From contig OY820579.1 of the NCBI GenBank assembly GCA_963681965.1, positions 3,936,001 to 4,000,000 of the forward strand: DNA of 64,000 nt. The letters run 5' to 3'. A model generated the notes under the pieces. It did not search any database and was not told where the DNA came from. It was given only the letters and a program-made list of their open reading frames with translations. The translations under genes and the position numbers were made by a program. This DNA is from a bacterium (lineage in GTDB: Bacteria; Electryoneota; JAOADG01). Below are positions 17,740 to 27,900 of this stretch, piece by piece; the stretch's first letter is position 1; every line of letters begins with the position of its first letter.

Positions 17740-18794
17740 TCGACTGCCTGTTCGATTTCCAACATGGTTTGTACTACTCGTTCCGCCCCTTTGCCATCGA
17801 TCATCTTGCGGGCATTCTCACCTAGCTTCTCGCGCAATGGGTTATCGCGGATGGCATGTTGAATCACTCCCGCCAGCATTTTTTCCGTCATCAACCGTGC
17901 TTCACCGAGATTGATCGCAGCATCGTTTTCGATCAAACCAGCGGCGACGATATTTTGATTTTCCGCAGTGGTCATCACGATCATCGGTCGAGCCAGCGAC
18001 GCCAATTCCCAGCAAACACTTCCAGCAGCAACGATCGCCAGTTCCGATTGAGCGAAATACGGCTTCAGATTGCGAATTCCGGATAGGATCTCCACTCGAT
18101 GGTGAGCCGTTTTCACAAATGTTTCGACCAAATCGTGGTATTGAAATCCGGGACCGAGCACTACTTTTATCAGTAAATCGGGATCGTTTACATGACTCAA
18201 CGCTTTTAGTACTAGCGTGGTGTAATTGTTTCGATCGGATCCACCCATCAACACCAGTATCTGCTTATCGCCATCGGATAAAAATTCGGTCTTGATCCGG
18301 TATTCGCGACGCAACATCGCATAGTGAGTACCACTCAATACTTTACAATCGGTATTGATCGGATAATTCAAGCGGTCGGAAGCGGGGTTTTGATTGACTA
18401 GCAGGTCAGCTTGATATTCGGGAAGGTGAGCATAATCGTCGATCACGCAGGTCAGTAAGCCGATATTCCGCAAATTGGATTGGTATTCGGTATCGAACTT
18501 GTAACCATCGAGTACGATCCATGCGGGACGCTCGGTATGCGGGATTGCACAATATCGTTCGGTTAATTCACTGATTTCTGCGATTGCTCCGGTTTGCTTG
18601 AATATCGTGAGGTGACAACCTTCTTCCAGCAGCCACTCGCGAATCATCGGTAACATATCGCGGCAGAAAAATTCGACTTTTCCCCCGGCATCGCGCCAGA
18701 CCTGTGCTAGAGCGAGACACCGCATCACGTGACCGATCCCGATCTCACGATCGGCATCGACCCGGATCCATAACCAGCCATCGACGAAATTCAT
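17736..18794 (-). CDS. pseG: UDP-2,4-diacetamido-2,4,6-trideoxy-beta-L-altropyranose hydrolase
   Basis: RVDADREIGIGHVMRCLALA, VLDGY, IDD, MGGSD, AAGSVCWE, AENQ; start revised to ATG 18794. Confidence 0.9.
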   Translation of the reverse strand: MNFVDGWLWIRVDADREIGIGHVMRCLALAQVWRDAGGKVEFFCRDMLPMIREWLLEEGCHLTIFKQTGAIAEISELTERYCAIPHTERPAWIVLDGYKFDTEYQSNLRNIGLLTCVIDDYAHLPEYQADLLVNQNPASDRLNYPINTDCKVLSGTHYAMLRREYRIKTEFLSDGDKQILVLMGGSDRNNYTTLVLKALSHVNDPDLLIKVVLGPGFQYHDLVETFVKTAHHRVEILSGIRNLKPYFAQSELAIVAAGSVCWELASLARPMIVMTTAENQNIVAAGLIENDAAINLGEARLMTEKMLAGVIQHAIRDNPLREKLGENARKMIDGKGAERVVQTMLEIEQAVE

Positions 18795-18805
18795 GTTTCC
18801 CCCGG

Positions 18806-19405
18806 TTACTTCCGTTCGAACAGCCACCAATGCGAGCGATCAAAGCCGTGTTGATCATCCCAGTATCCTTCGCGAACTAGCGATAAATCGGGAAATTGTG
18901 TGAGGTAGTGCTGTTTAAAGTTGCGCTTCCACAAGAGATTGGTATGATCGCGATAAGGAATTTCGGTTTCCTGTAGGTCAAAATATTCGATTGCGAGGAT
19001 GTACCGGTTCGACACCCGATAGATTTCAGCTAGCGCTTTCGGTAAATCCTGCAGAGATATATGGATCAAGACCCCGGCAGTGAAACTGAGATCGAAAAAT
19101 CGATCTTTAAAAGGAAGGTTGAACACATTTCCTTCCAAGGCATCGATATCCTCATTCTGTTTTGCCATATCGACTGCATAGCGGTTCGGATCGATACCGA
19201 TTGTCGACAATTCCGGAAAGATTCGCTTAAGGGCAATGAGATTGTGCCCCTTGTTGCAACCGACTTCCAAAACGCGCTCAAGCTGTAGATCACCGATCAT
19301 GGCTTGAAACGCGATCATCCGGTCTTGCCAGCGAACAGCATTCCGGTCGGTGTAGGCAACCCCGAAATCGCTCGACCATTCTTTTAATTGTTCCGTGACG
19401 GGCAT
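18806..19405 (-). CDS. Pseudaminic acid biosynthesis-associated methyltransferase
   Basis: W..DFG..YTDRN, LEVGCNKGHNL, FTAGVLIHI, EYF...EIPYR..LWKRNF, WWLFE. Confidence 0.85.
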   Translation of the reverse strand: MPVTEQLKEWSSDFGVAYTDRNAVRWQDRMIAFQAMIGDLQLERVLEVGCNKGHNLIALKRIFPELSTIGIDPNRYAVDMAKQNEDIDALEGNVFNLPFKDRFFDLSFTAGVLIHISLQDLPKALAEIYRVSNRYILAIEYFDLQETEIPYRDHTNLLWKRNFKQHYLTQFPDLSLVREGYWDDQHGFDRSHWWLFERK

Positions 19406-19552
19406 AATTCATCCAATCGATGATACTTAGTTAACTCCACTCAACCAATACTAATTATTTATTAATAATTAGATAGCTAATATTCAAAGCAATAACTATA
19501 CAACTTCTTTGCATTTCAATAGAAATTAGCATACTTCTTCGCCTCCTTATGG

Positions 19553-19568
19553 AGCAAAGAGTACGCCA
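19553..19568 (-). promoter_or_regulatory. Sigma-54 promoter candidate for the pse operon
   Basis: Minus strand TGGCGTACTCTTTGCT (GG-N10-GC) upstream of the first operon gene. Confidence 0.7.
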
Positions 19569-19820
19569 ATTATTGAAAGCATCTAATAACAAAGATTATC
19601 AGTAGAACTTGAGTAATTCTGCGAGGCTTTGATCAACGTTTTCCACTAACTAGGCAAATTTGACCTAGAGTGGAAACGAATGATCGAAAAACGAAGAAAT
19701 TGCTCGGTGGAGTTCGGTATCGAAAGGGATCATTCAAATCAGGTAAGGTTGTCAGGCTGAAGATTAACCTCCAATGAAGTAGTCAGGCTGATGGCTTTTA
19801 ACTATTTATCTTTACATCTT

Positions 19821-19960
19821 TGGTAGGGGCGGTTCGCGAACCGCCCGAAACGTGATGTCTGAAAGACATCACGCGAATATGAAAAATAAATCAATGTATG
19901 AATCCGGAAATATTTCTGCGTCATCAATGGATTAGGGCGGTTCGCGAACCGCCCCTACCA
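19821..19960. repeat. Inverted GTAG-REP pair (REPIN-like)
   Basis: TGGTAGGGGCGGTTCGCGAACCGCCC (19821-19846) and its exact reverse complement (19935-19960); internal hairpin CGTGATGTCT-GAA-AGACATCACG. Confidence 0.88.
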
Positions 19961-20262
19961 TAAACACGCTGATTTGTCGATTCGATCTTCAATCCGCAAT
20001 TCTTGATAATATGATGCTGAGAATGGACTAAAGTAAACGCTACAGCGAAGTCAATTTATTTAGTTTTAAAGCCATAAGCCTGACCTCCGATAGTAGTTTA
20101 TTGTGGATAATCACCACATTCCGGGAATGAAAAGATGAGATATTACATCTACATTCAACATAGTTTTCCTGTTAGGTCACAATCGCTTATTTTAGTGCGT
20201 TCCAGTTGACCAAACAGTAGGTTTCAGCGGGGTTATTTCATACCGAAATTCGAAGGATATCC

Positions 20263-21630
20263 ATGAGCGACAGTATTTCCCGGCAGATTGCGCGATTCGC
20301 CTGCCAATTGAGTTACAAGGACCTGCCAGAAGCAGTTGTCACCGAAGTCAAACGTTATTTGTACGACTCCGTCGGGTGCTCGTTCGGCGGGTACCACACG
20401 AAAGACGTAAAAATTCTGCGCGACCTCTATCTAACGATGGGCGGCACGGGCGAAGCGACAGTATTGGGTTATGGCGATAAACTACCCGCCGTGAATGTTA
20501 CTCTGATCAATTCACTGATGATCCGCGCACTCGATTTCAACGACATCTACTGGCGTGAAGATCCATCCCACCCATCCGATATCATTCCCGCCGCACTTTC
20601 GATTGGTGAATTGGTGAATGCGTCAATGGAAGAGGTCATTGTCGCGATCGTGCTAGCCTACGAATTCGAGCAGCGACTGTGCGAATTCGCCGTTCCCGGT
20701 GTGCGCGAACGGAAGTGGCACCACGCGACTTTGACGCAATTCGTTTCGCCGATTGTCGCCGGTAAACTTCTGGGATTGACTGAAGACCAGATGGTCAACG
20801 CGATCGGTATTTCCGGATGCCACAGCCACACGATCGGTTGTCCGACAGCCGGCGGCTTGACGATGATGAAGAACACCGTCGATCCGATGGCAGTGCAAGC
20901 CGGTGTATTTGCAGCACTGATGGCACAGCGCGGTTATACCGGTACCGAAAAAGTGTTCGAAGGGAAAGAAGGATTCATGGAATGCTTCGGACCCGATTGG
21001 GCAATCGACAAATTGGTCGACGGTCTCGGAACAAATTACAAGATCCTCGAATGCGGTATGAAAGCATTCCCGACCGAAGCCTTGACGCATACGCACATCA
21101 CGGCGACGTTGAAAGCGATCATCGATAACAAAATTTATCCCGAAGATATCGAAGAAGTCGTGGTAACTACGATTGCGCGCGCCTGCGATATTCTCTTCGA
21201 TCAACACAAATACGAACCGAAGTCGCGCGAGACAGCGGATCACTCGCTGCCGTATTGTATCGCACGCGCCATCCTCGACCGGAAGATCACCACCCAATCG
21301 TTCAGTCAGGAAATGATCGATGATCCGAAATTGAAAGAAGTCATTTTCAAGATCAAAGGGGAAGCCAGTCTCGAATTCGAGCAGATGTTCCCGGCGAAGC
21401 AACCGTCGCGCGTGACGATCAAGACAAAAGCCGGCAAATCGCATTCGGTGTATCTCGAATACCCGAAGGGCGATCCGCGCGAACCGATGACGATGAGCGA
21501 TCTGGAAAATAAATTCAATGCGCTATCGGCACCGTTGCTTTCACCGGAACGTCAACGCGAATTACGCGACATGATCTTCTCGTGTGAAAAATTTACGACC
21601 CGCGATTTCATGAATAAAATCGTTGCCTAA
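20263..21630 (+). CDS. prpD: MmgE/PrpD family protein (2-methylcitrate dehydratase-like)
   Basis: IRALDFND, SHPSD, WHH, KAFPTEALTH, RETADHSLPY, YPKGDPREPM. Confidence 0.85.
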   Translation: MSDSISRQIARFACQLSYKDLPEAVVTEVKRYLYDSVGCSFGGYHTKDVKILRDLYLTMGGTGEATVLGYGDKLPAVNVTLINSLMIRALDFNDIYWREDPSHPSDIIPAALSIGELVNASMEEVIVAIVLAYEFEQRLCEFAVPGVRERKWHHATLTQFVSPIVAGKLLGLTEDQMVNAIGISGCHSHTIGCPTAGGLTMMKNTVDPMAVQAGVFAALMAQRGYTGTEKVFEGKEGFMECFGPDWAIDKLVDGLGTNYKILECGMKAFPTEALTHTHITATLKAIIDNKIYPEDIEEVVVTTIARACDILFDQHKYEPKSRETADHSLPYCIARAILDRKITTQSFSQEMIDDPKLKEVIFKIKGEASLEFEQMFPAKQPSRVTIKTKAGKSHSVYLEYPKGDPREPMTMSDLENKFNALSAPLLSPERQRELRDMIFSCEKFTTRDFMNKIVA

Positions 21631-21641
21631 ATGCTGTTCCT

Positions 21642-21677
21642 GAGGCGGGAGCAATTCCCGCCTCGTTGTTTTTTTTG
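21642..21677 (+). terminator. Rho-independent terminator
   Basis: GAGGCGGGA-gcaat-TCCCGCCTC followed by gttgtttttttt. Confidence 0.8.
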
Positions 21678-21703
21678 TTATTACCGAAGTAAGAAGTACC
21701 GCT

Positions 21704-24391
21704 ATGGATATTCACAACCTCGATCCCATTTTTCATCCGAAACGCATCGCGCTAATCGGTGTCAGCTCAAACCCTAACAGTGTCGGCGGCAAAGTACTTG
21801 CCAATATCGTCGGCAGCGGTTTCACCGGCGTGGTATATCCGGTGAATGCCGATTTCGAAGCAGTGATGGGGATCCAATGTTATCCCGATCTGAAATCGGT
21901 ACCGAATCTTCCCGATCTGGCAGTGATCTGCACCGGCGCCGAGAAAGTACCCAGCTTAGTGCAAGAGTGTGCCGAAATCGGGGTCTTGGGTATCATCATT
22001 CTCTCCGCTGGATTCAAAGAAGCGGGTGAAGCGGGAAAGAAACTAGAAGCCGAAATCATCGCAATTCACAATCAGTATCCGAAGATGCGGATCATCGGAC
22101 CGAATTGTCTCGGTGTGATTGTTCCCGGATCGAAATTGAATATCAGTTTTGCCTCGGGAATGCCGAAGGCGGGAAATGTCGCCTTTATCTCGCAATCGGG
22201 AGCACTCTGCACCTCAGTCCTCGATTGGGCACTGGAAGGGAAAGTCGGTTTTTCCTACTTCATTTCGATCGGCAATTCACTCGATGTAGAATTCGGCGAT
22301 TTGATCGACTATTTCGGAGACGACGAAGCGACACAATCGATCGTACTCTATATCGAATCGTTGCAACAAGCTCGCAAATTCATGACTGCCGCGCGCGCAT
22401 TCGCCCGCAGCAAACCGATTCTCGCATACAAAGCGGGACGGTTCCCGGAATCGGCGCAAGTCGCAGCATCGCATACGGGCGCATTGGCAGCGGAAGATGC
22501 CGTGTACGACGCGGCATTCCAACGCTCGGGACTCGCGCGGGTCTACGATATTGGCGATATCTTCGATGTCGTTGGTCTGATTGGACGTGGTAAATTTCCC
22601 GAAGGACCGAATCTTGCGATCGTTACCAATGCCGGTGGACCGGGCGTCATGGCGACCGATGCGCTGATTGCCGCCAATGGCAGTTTAGCGAAATTGAGCG
22701 ATTCCTCGATGGCTCAACTCAATGAGGCGCTGCCACCAATCTGGTCGCACGGAAATCCAGTCGATGTGCTCGGCGATGCCCGATCGAAACGAATTGAAAA
22801 AGCGACGCAAATCGTCATCAAAGATCCCGGGGTCGATGCCGTACTCGTTATTATCACTCCACAGGCGATGACGAATCCAACAGCGATTGCGAAAGTGATT
22901 GGAAAATTAGCGGAAACGACATCGAAACCGATTCTTGCCTCATGGCTCGGTGGCGAATCGATGCGTGAAGGGATGCGGATTTTAATCGAGAATGGTGTTG
23001 CTGCTTATCAGACTCCGGAACAGGCAATTCGCTCATTCATGATTCTCGTGCAGTACAACCGGAATCTGAAGACACTATACGAAACGCCACTCGATCTGCC
23101 AGTCAATTTCCAATGGGATCGCAAACAAAAGCGGGATGAGTTCGTTGCGAATCACTTCCCCGAAAAAGGGATCTTGAACGAAGAGATTTCGAAACGATTG
23201 ATTGAATCTTACGGAATTCCAACATCGATTCCGGAACCGGCTGCGACAGCCGAGGAAGCTATTCAAATCTCGGAACGATTGGGTTACCCCGTCGTCTTGA
23301 AAATCCACTCTCCTGACATTACGCATAAAACCGATGTCGGTGGCGTCGTACTGAATGTCGAAGACGCGGCAATGGTGCGCTCATCGTTCGAACGCATTGT
23401 TGACGGCGCCAAGGCAAAACGACCGGATGCACGGATCGAAGGTGTTACGGTACAGCCGATGATTCGCGCGAAAGATTCGCTGGAGTTAATTGTCGGAATC
23501 AAGAAAGATCCGGTGTTCGGTACTGTCATTCTGGTGGGTATGGGTGGCATTACCGCCGAATTGTTTGCCGATCGTTCACTCGGTTTTCCACCGTTGAATG
23601 AGCGTCTCGCGCGCCGGATGCTGGAATCGCTGCGAATCTACCCGCTCCTCACCGGTTATCGCGGGCGCGCTCCAGTGAATATGGAAAAATTGCTCGATGT
23701 GATTATTCGCCTTTCCTATTTAGCAGTCGATTACCCGGAAATCACCGAATTGGATATTAATCCTCTATTGGCATCACCCGGTAACGTAGTAGCACTCGAC
23801 GCGCGAGTTGTGATCGATCGCACTCCAATTTCGAAGGATGGCGATCCCTACGCTCATTTATCGCTGCGACCTTATCCGGAAAAATTCGTCAAGCGGATCG
23901 TTCTGAAGAATAAGAGTGAAGTTCTGTTACGACCGATTAAACCGGAAGATGAGCCGCATTGGATGAAATTGCTTGCGAGTTGCTCGAAAGAGTCGATTTA
24001 TTCGCGATTCCGGTACTTTTTCCATTGGGAATCGCATGAAGTTGCCAGTCGGTACTGCTATATCGATTACGCACGCGAATTGGCAATTGTTGCAGAAATC
24101 GAAGTCGATGGGGAACGCAAATTTGTCGGTATCGGTCGCTTGATTGCCGATCCGAACAACGACACCGCGGAATATGCCGTCCTGATTCAAGATGGCTGGC
24201 AGCACAAAGAACTGGGAAGTGTTCTGACCGATTATTGTATCGATGTCGCTCAGCAGCAATGGAACATTAAAAAGATTTATGCTCAGACGACTACCGACAA
24301 CCGTCCGATGATTGCAGTGTTTGAAAAGCGGGGCTTTACAGTCACTGTCGATGAAAGTGGCTCTGCGGTAGACTGTATTAAGGTATTATAG
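21704..24391 (+). CDS. Bifunctional ADP-forming acyl-CoA ligase / GNAT protein acetyltransferase (Pat/YfiQ-like)
   Basis: CoA-binding GPNCLG, SQSGAL, SHTGALA, TNAGGPG, HGNPVD, ATP-grasp HKTDVGGV, DINPL; C-terminal GNAT LRPIKPED..IDYARE. Confidence 0.92.
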   Translation: MDIHNLDPIFHPKRIALIGVSSNPNSVGGKVLANIVGSGFTGVVYPVNADFEAVMGIQCYPDLKSVPNLPDLAVICTGAEKVPSLVQECAEIGVLGIIILSAGFKEAGEAGKKLEAEIIAIHNQYPKMRIIGPNCLGVIVPGSKLNISFASGMPKAGNVAFISQSGALCTSVLDWALEGKVGFSYFISIGNSLDVEFGDLIDYFGDDEATQSIVLYIESLQQARKFMTAARAFARSKPILAYKAGRFPESAQVAASHTGALAAEDAVYDAAFQRSGLARVYDIGDIFDVVGLIGRGKFPEGPNLAIVTNAGGPGVMATDALIAANGSLAKLSDSSMAQLNEALPPIWSHGNPVDVLGDARSKRIEKATQIVIKDPGVDAVLVIITPQAMTNPTAIAKVIGKLAETTSKPILASWLGGESMREGMRILIENGVAAYQTPEQAIRSFMILVQYNRNLKTLYETPLDLPVNFQWDRKQKRDEFVANHFPEKGILNEEISKRLIESYGIPTSIPEPAATAEEAIQISERLGYPVVLKIHSPDITHKTDVGGVVLNVEDAAMVRSSFERIVDGAKAKRPDARIEGVTVQPMIRAKDSLELIVGIKKDPVFGTVILVGMGGITAELFADRSLGFPPLNERLARRMLESLRIYPLLTGYRGRAPVNMEKLLDVIIRLSYLAVDYPEITELDINPLLASPGNVVALDARVVIDRTPISKDGDPYAHLSLRPYPEKFVKRIVLKNKSEVLLRPIKPEDEPHWMKLLASCSKESIYSRFRYFFHWESHEVASRYCYIDYARELAIVAEIEVDGERKFVGIGRLIADPNNDTAEYAVLIQDGWQHKELGSVLTDYCIDVAQQQWNIKKIYAQTTTDNRPMIAVFEKRGFTVTVDESGSAVDCIKVL

Positions 24392-24423
24392 AATAGATAC
24401 TTCAAGTAAACGGAGAGCTTCAA

Positions 24424-24708
24424 ATGAAATGTCCGATATGCGATGAAACTCTTCATCTCGCCGATCGCAATGGAATCGAAATTGATTTTTGTCCGAAGTG
24501 CCGAGGCATCTGGCTGGATCGGGGTGAATTGGATAAAATTATTGAGCGTTCTAATTCACCGATCTATCAGCAGTACAATCCTTACTCCAATGGTAACGCG
24601 GATAAATCCAGTGAATCTCCTCGTCATTCCGATTCCAGACTGGATGAACACCGTGATGCGGATCACCAGAAGAAGCGTGGTTTTCTTGGTGAACTATTTG
24701 ATTTTTAA
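24424..24708 (+). CDS. zf-TFIIB zinc-ribbon domain protein
   Basis: MKCPIC...EIDFCPKCRGIWLDRGELDKII; C-terminus KKRGFLGELFDF. Confidence 0.9.
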   Translation: MKCPICDETLHLADRNGIEIDFCPKCRGIWLDRGELDKIIERSNSPIYQQYNPYSNGNADKSSESPRHSDSRLDEHRDADHQKKRGFLGELFDF

Positions 24709-24779
24709 TATATTAATTCTATTTTTAATCAATAGCCGCTGATCGATTGTCAGAGAGCTAAGCCACTACTCGGAAAATC

Positions 24780-24795
24780 TGGCTTTGCGATTGCG
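24780..24795 (+). promoter_or_regulatory. Weak sigma-54 promoter candidate for the first C25 gene
   Basis: TGGCTTTGCGATTGCG (GG-N10-GC). Confidence 0.3.
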
Positions 24796-24941
24796 AATCG
24801 GTATGAATTTGTTCGTCAAATCATTATTGTATAGAAAATTGATTTCGATCACAGAAAAAAGCAATTTTGCTGTAGATTTGTTTGAATGATTTCGAAACGT
24901 ATTGTATGATTCCGATAGCACTGAATACTCGGGAGACCATC

Positions 24942-27900
24942 ATGTTACTGCGAGCCACATCCTTGCGAAAACTACCGACCCCCATTCTACACGCGTTGGT
25001 TGTTTTTTCCTTACTATTTACCGCGCATCCTTCGATAAGCCGTGCACTCACACCGGCGGATTACGATTTCGATGGCGTACCGGTTACAAATTCGATTCAT
25101 ATCAACGTGACGACACTCGGTGTCGGACATCTGTTCCTCCGGTTCGAAGCCCCGGCTATTTCGATGGAATCGGTTACTGCAAACGATCGCGATTGGACGC
25201 TAGTGAAGCTTGATGGCGAAGGGCGGATTTGGGAAACCGGGAAACCCGCACTACCAGCGGTGATGCGTGCCGTACGGATGCCCAATACCGGGAATGTAGA
25301 AGTACGAATTCGCAATGCTCAGTATCAGGATTATTACAATATCGATATACTTCCTCAGCAACCGTTTGCCGATGTCGATGCAACCGGAAATTCGCTAATT
25401 CCGCCTTTTGTTTACGATGATAAAACTTATTTATCCGATTCATGGTACCCCTCGAATCCATACTTATTAAACAATACCGCGATCATGCGCGATGCGCGAA
25501 TTTCTTTATTCAGCTATTATCCGGTGCAATATCAACCGTCAACGCGAACCCTGCGGGTGTACACGCAATATGAACTTGAAATAATTCCGGTCGGTGGTGT
25601 CGGTGTCAATGAATTGCTTTCCAGCCCCAAACCGGTCCCAAGTTTCGCATCGTTGTATCGGGATATTCTGGGTGCCGACGATTTAGTCGAAGACAATCTT
25701 GCAGCCACTCCGGGACAGATTCTGGTTATTGCACGCAGCAGTACTAGTACTACCGCGGCATTCCAGAGTTACATCGAATGGAAAACATTATCGGGACATC
25801 CGGTTCGACTCATGGCTCCCGCCAATCAGGGGTGGAGCACATCCGATGTAATGAGTGTCATTCAGACGGCATATACTACTTGGAATCCACCACTCGAATC
25901 GGTCATACTCGTCGGTGAAGGTGGCTCGACGATGCAATCATTGTACTTGCCGTCGTACATCGTTGGCGAAAATCTGGCAACCGATCATTCCTATATGCAA
26001 CTGGCAGGCGACGATATTCTCGCCGATGTTCCGCTCAGTCGCATGTCTACTTCTCAGATCTCGCAATTGCAGACAATGATCAGCCGCACGATCGGTTTCG
26101 AGAAAGCACCACCGATTTCCGATTCGATTTACTTTACTACCGGTTGGGGTTATGCCGGAGTTTCGCACGAAGTATTATCCAATCGACCGGCAGTGCGGTT
26201 TATGTTGGAGATGATGAATCGTCGCGGAGTCACGAATACCCGGTACGACGAACATAGCTCTTCGGTCAATTACACAACGATTCAGCAAGCAACGATGCAC
26301 TCGATTCTCTGGGCACATCGAGCGGCGTGGGTCGGTGAATTGGATCCCGCAAATTTCCTCACGTTCATGAATACGTTTCGACCATTCGTCTCGCTCAATC
26401 TGACCTGTGGCAGCGGAAATTGGTTCGGGGATCAGTTGACCGGAATAAACGAAGCGTTGATTCGCTCCGGTTCATCGGCACTACCAACCGGTGCGCTTTC
26501 TGGGATGTCGACGGAATCATCGGAAACCAAACCGGCATTTAACAATGTGGTTGCAACGGGTGTTTACTACGGATTTGGCGTGAATGACAACACCAACCCT
26601 GGATCGATGTATTTGGCTGGAAAATTCAATCTCTGGCGCAACTTCCAAGTAAGTCAAGCGGATCAGGTGACGAACTTCTCGCAATGGAACAACATCATGG
26701 GCGATGTCACGCCCTTGATCTGGACTGGTATGCCGAAGCGAGTGACTTGTACGATGCCGGATACCATCTCGCGCAATGCAACGCAAATGATCTGTAACGT
26801 TACTCGTAACGATGAACCGCTCGGAAAAGCCTTAGTGACAGCTTGGAAGCGCAATGCCACAGGTACGAACGAAACGTATGTACGCGTTACTACCGATGCC
26901 AATGGGAATGCAATTATTCCATTGACCAATCAAACCGACGGTGTCATGCTGATATCCGTAACCGGTAATCTTCCCGGACAAAATATTTATCCTTATGTCG
27001 ATTCTGTCCGAGTGCTTCGACAGTCAGTCGATTTGACCGTCGGCACGACAATCGTCAACGACAGCGATACCGGCACTGTCGGCAACGGTAATGGACAATT
27101 AAATCCGGGCGAAACGATCCGCGGTGCAATACAATTGACAAATTCGGGCGATGTTGCACTGACAAATCTTAATGCAGCGATTTCTTCCAGCGATCGTCGC
27201 GTTACGATTCTCGACACGAGCGTTTCTCTTGCCAGTATCGGAACCGGCAGTTCGGTTACGTTACCGTCGATCAGACTTCAAGTAGCTTCTACATACAGCG
27301 ATGGCGAGACAGTACCGCTCGCATTGAATATTACTACGACTCAGGGCAGTTTGAAGGTCTATGTCAACATTCCGGTTCGCTCGTTCCACCTGAATCTGGT
27401 AACAACCCATTTAATCAATTTTCCTGCGCTAGAACCGCAGATGATCAGCGATTTTGCCGTGACGGTCAACAACAGCGGTGGTTGGTATCCCAGCAGTGCG
27501 ACTTCGGCGGTATTGTATTCGTTGAATCGTGAAATCCGGGTTACCCGCAGTACGACTTCGTTTGCCTCACTTCCCAACAATGTCGATGTGACGAATTTAG
27601 CGACCGATCGTTGGGAAATTTCTACTACCTCGTTACTGGATCCGGGTCTACCAGCATCGATGATGGTTGTTTTCAGCAATGGGAGTATTCGCGACACAAT
27701 TCGATTCGATATTCCGGTAGTGGGACCATCCTCTTCACAACCAACCGGACCCGATAGTTACGGTTATCGCGCATTCGACATGAACGATATCGATTACGGT
27801 CAAGTTCCGTCCTACAATTGGCGCGAGATTATCGATAACAGCCTCGGGTATCGTCTCGATCTTCACGACGATGCCTACAATCGCGATTCCAGCGTGGTCG

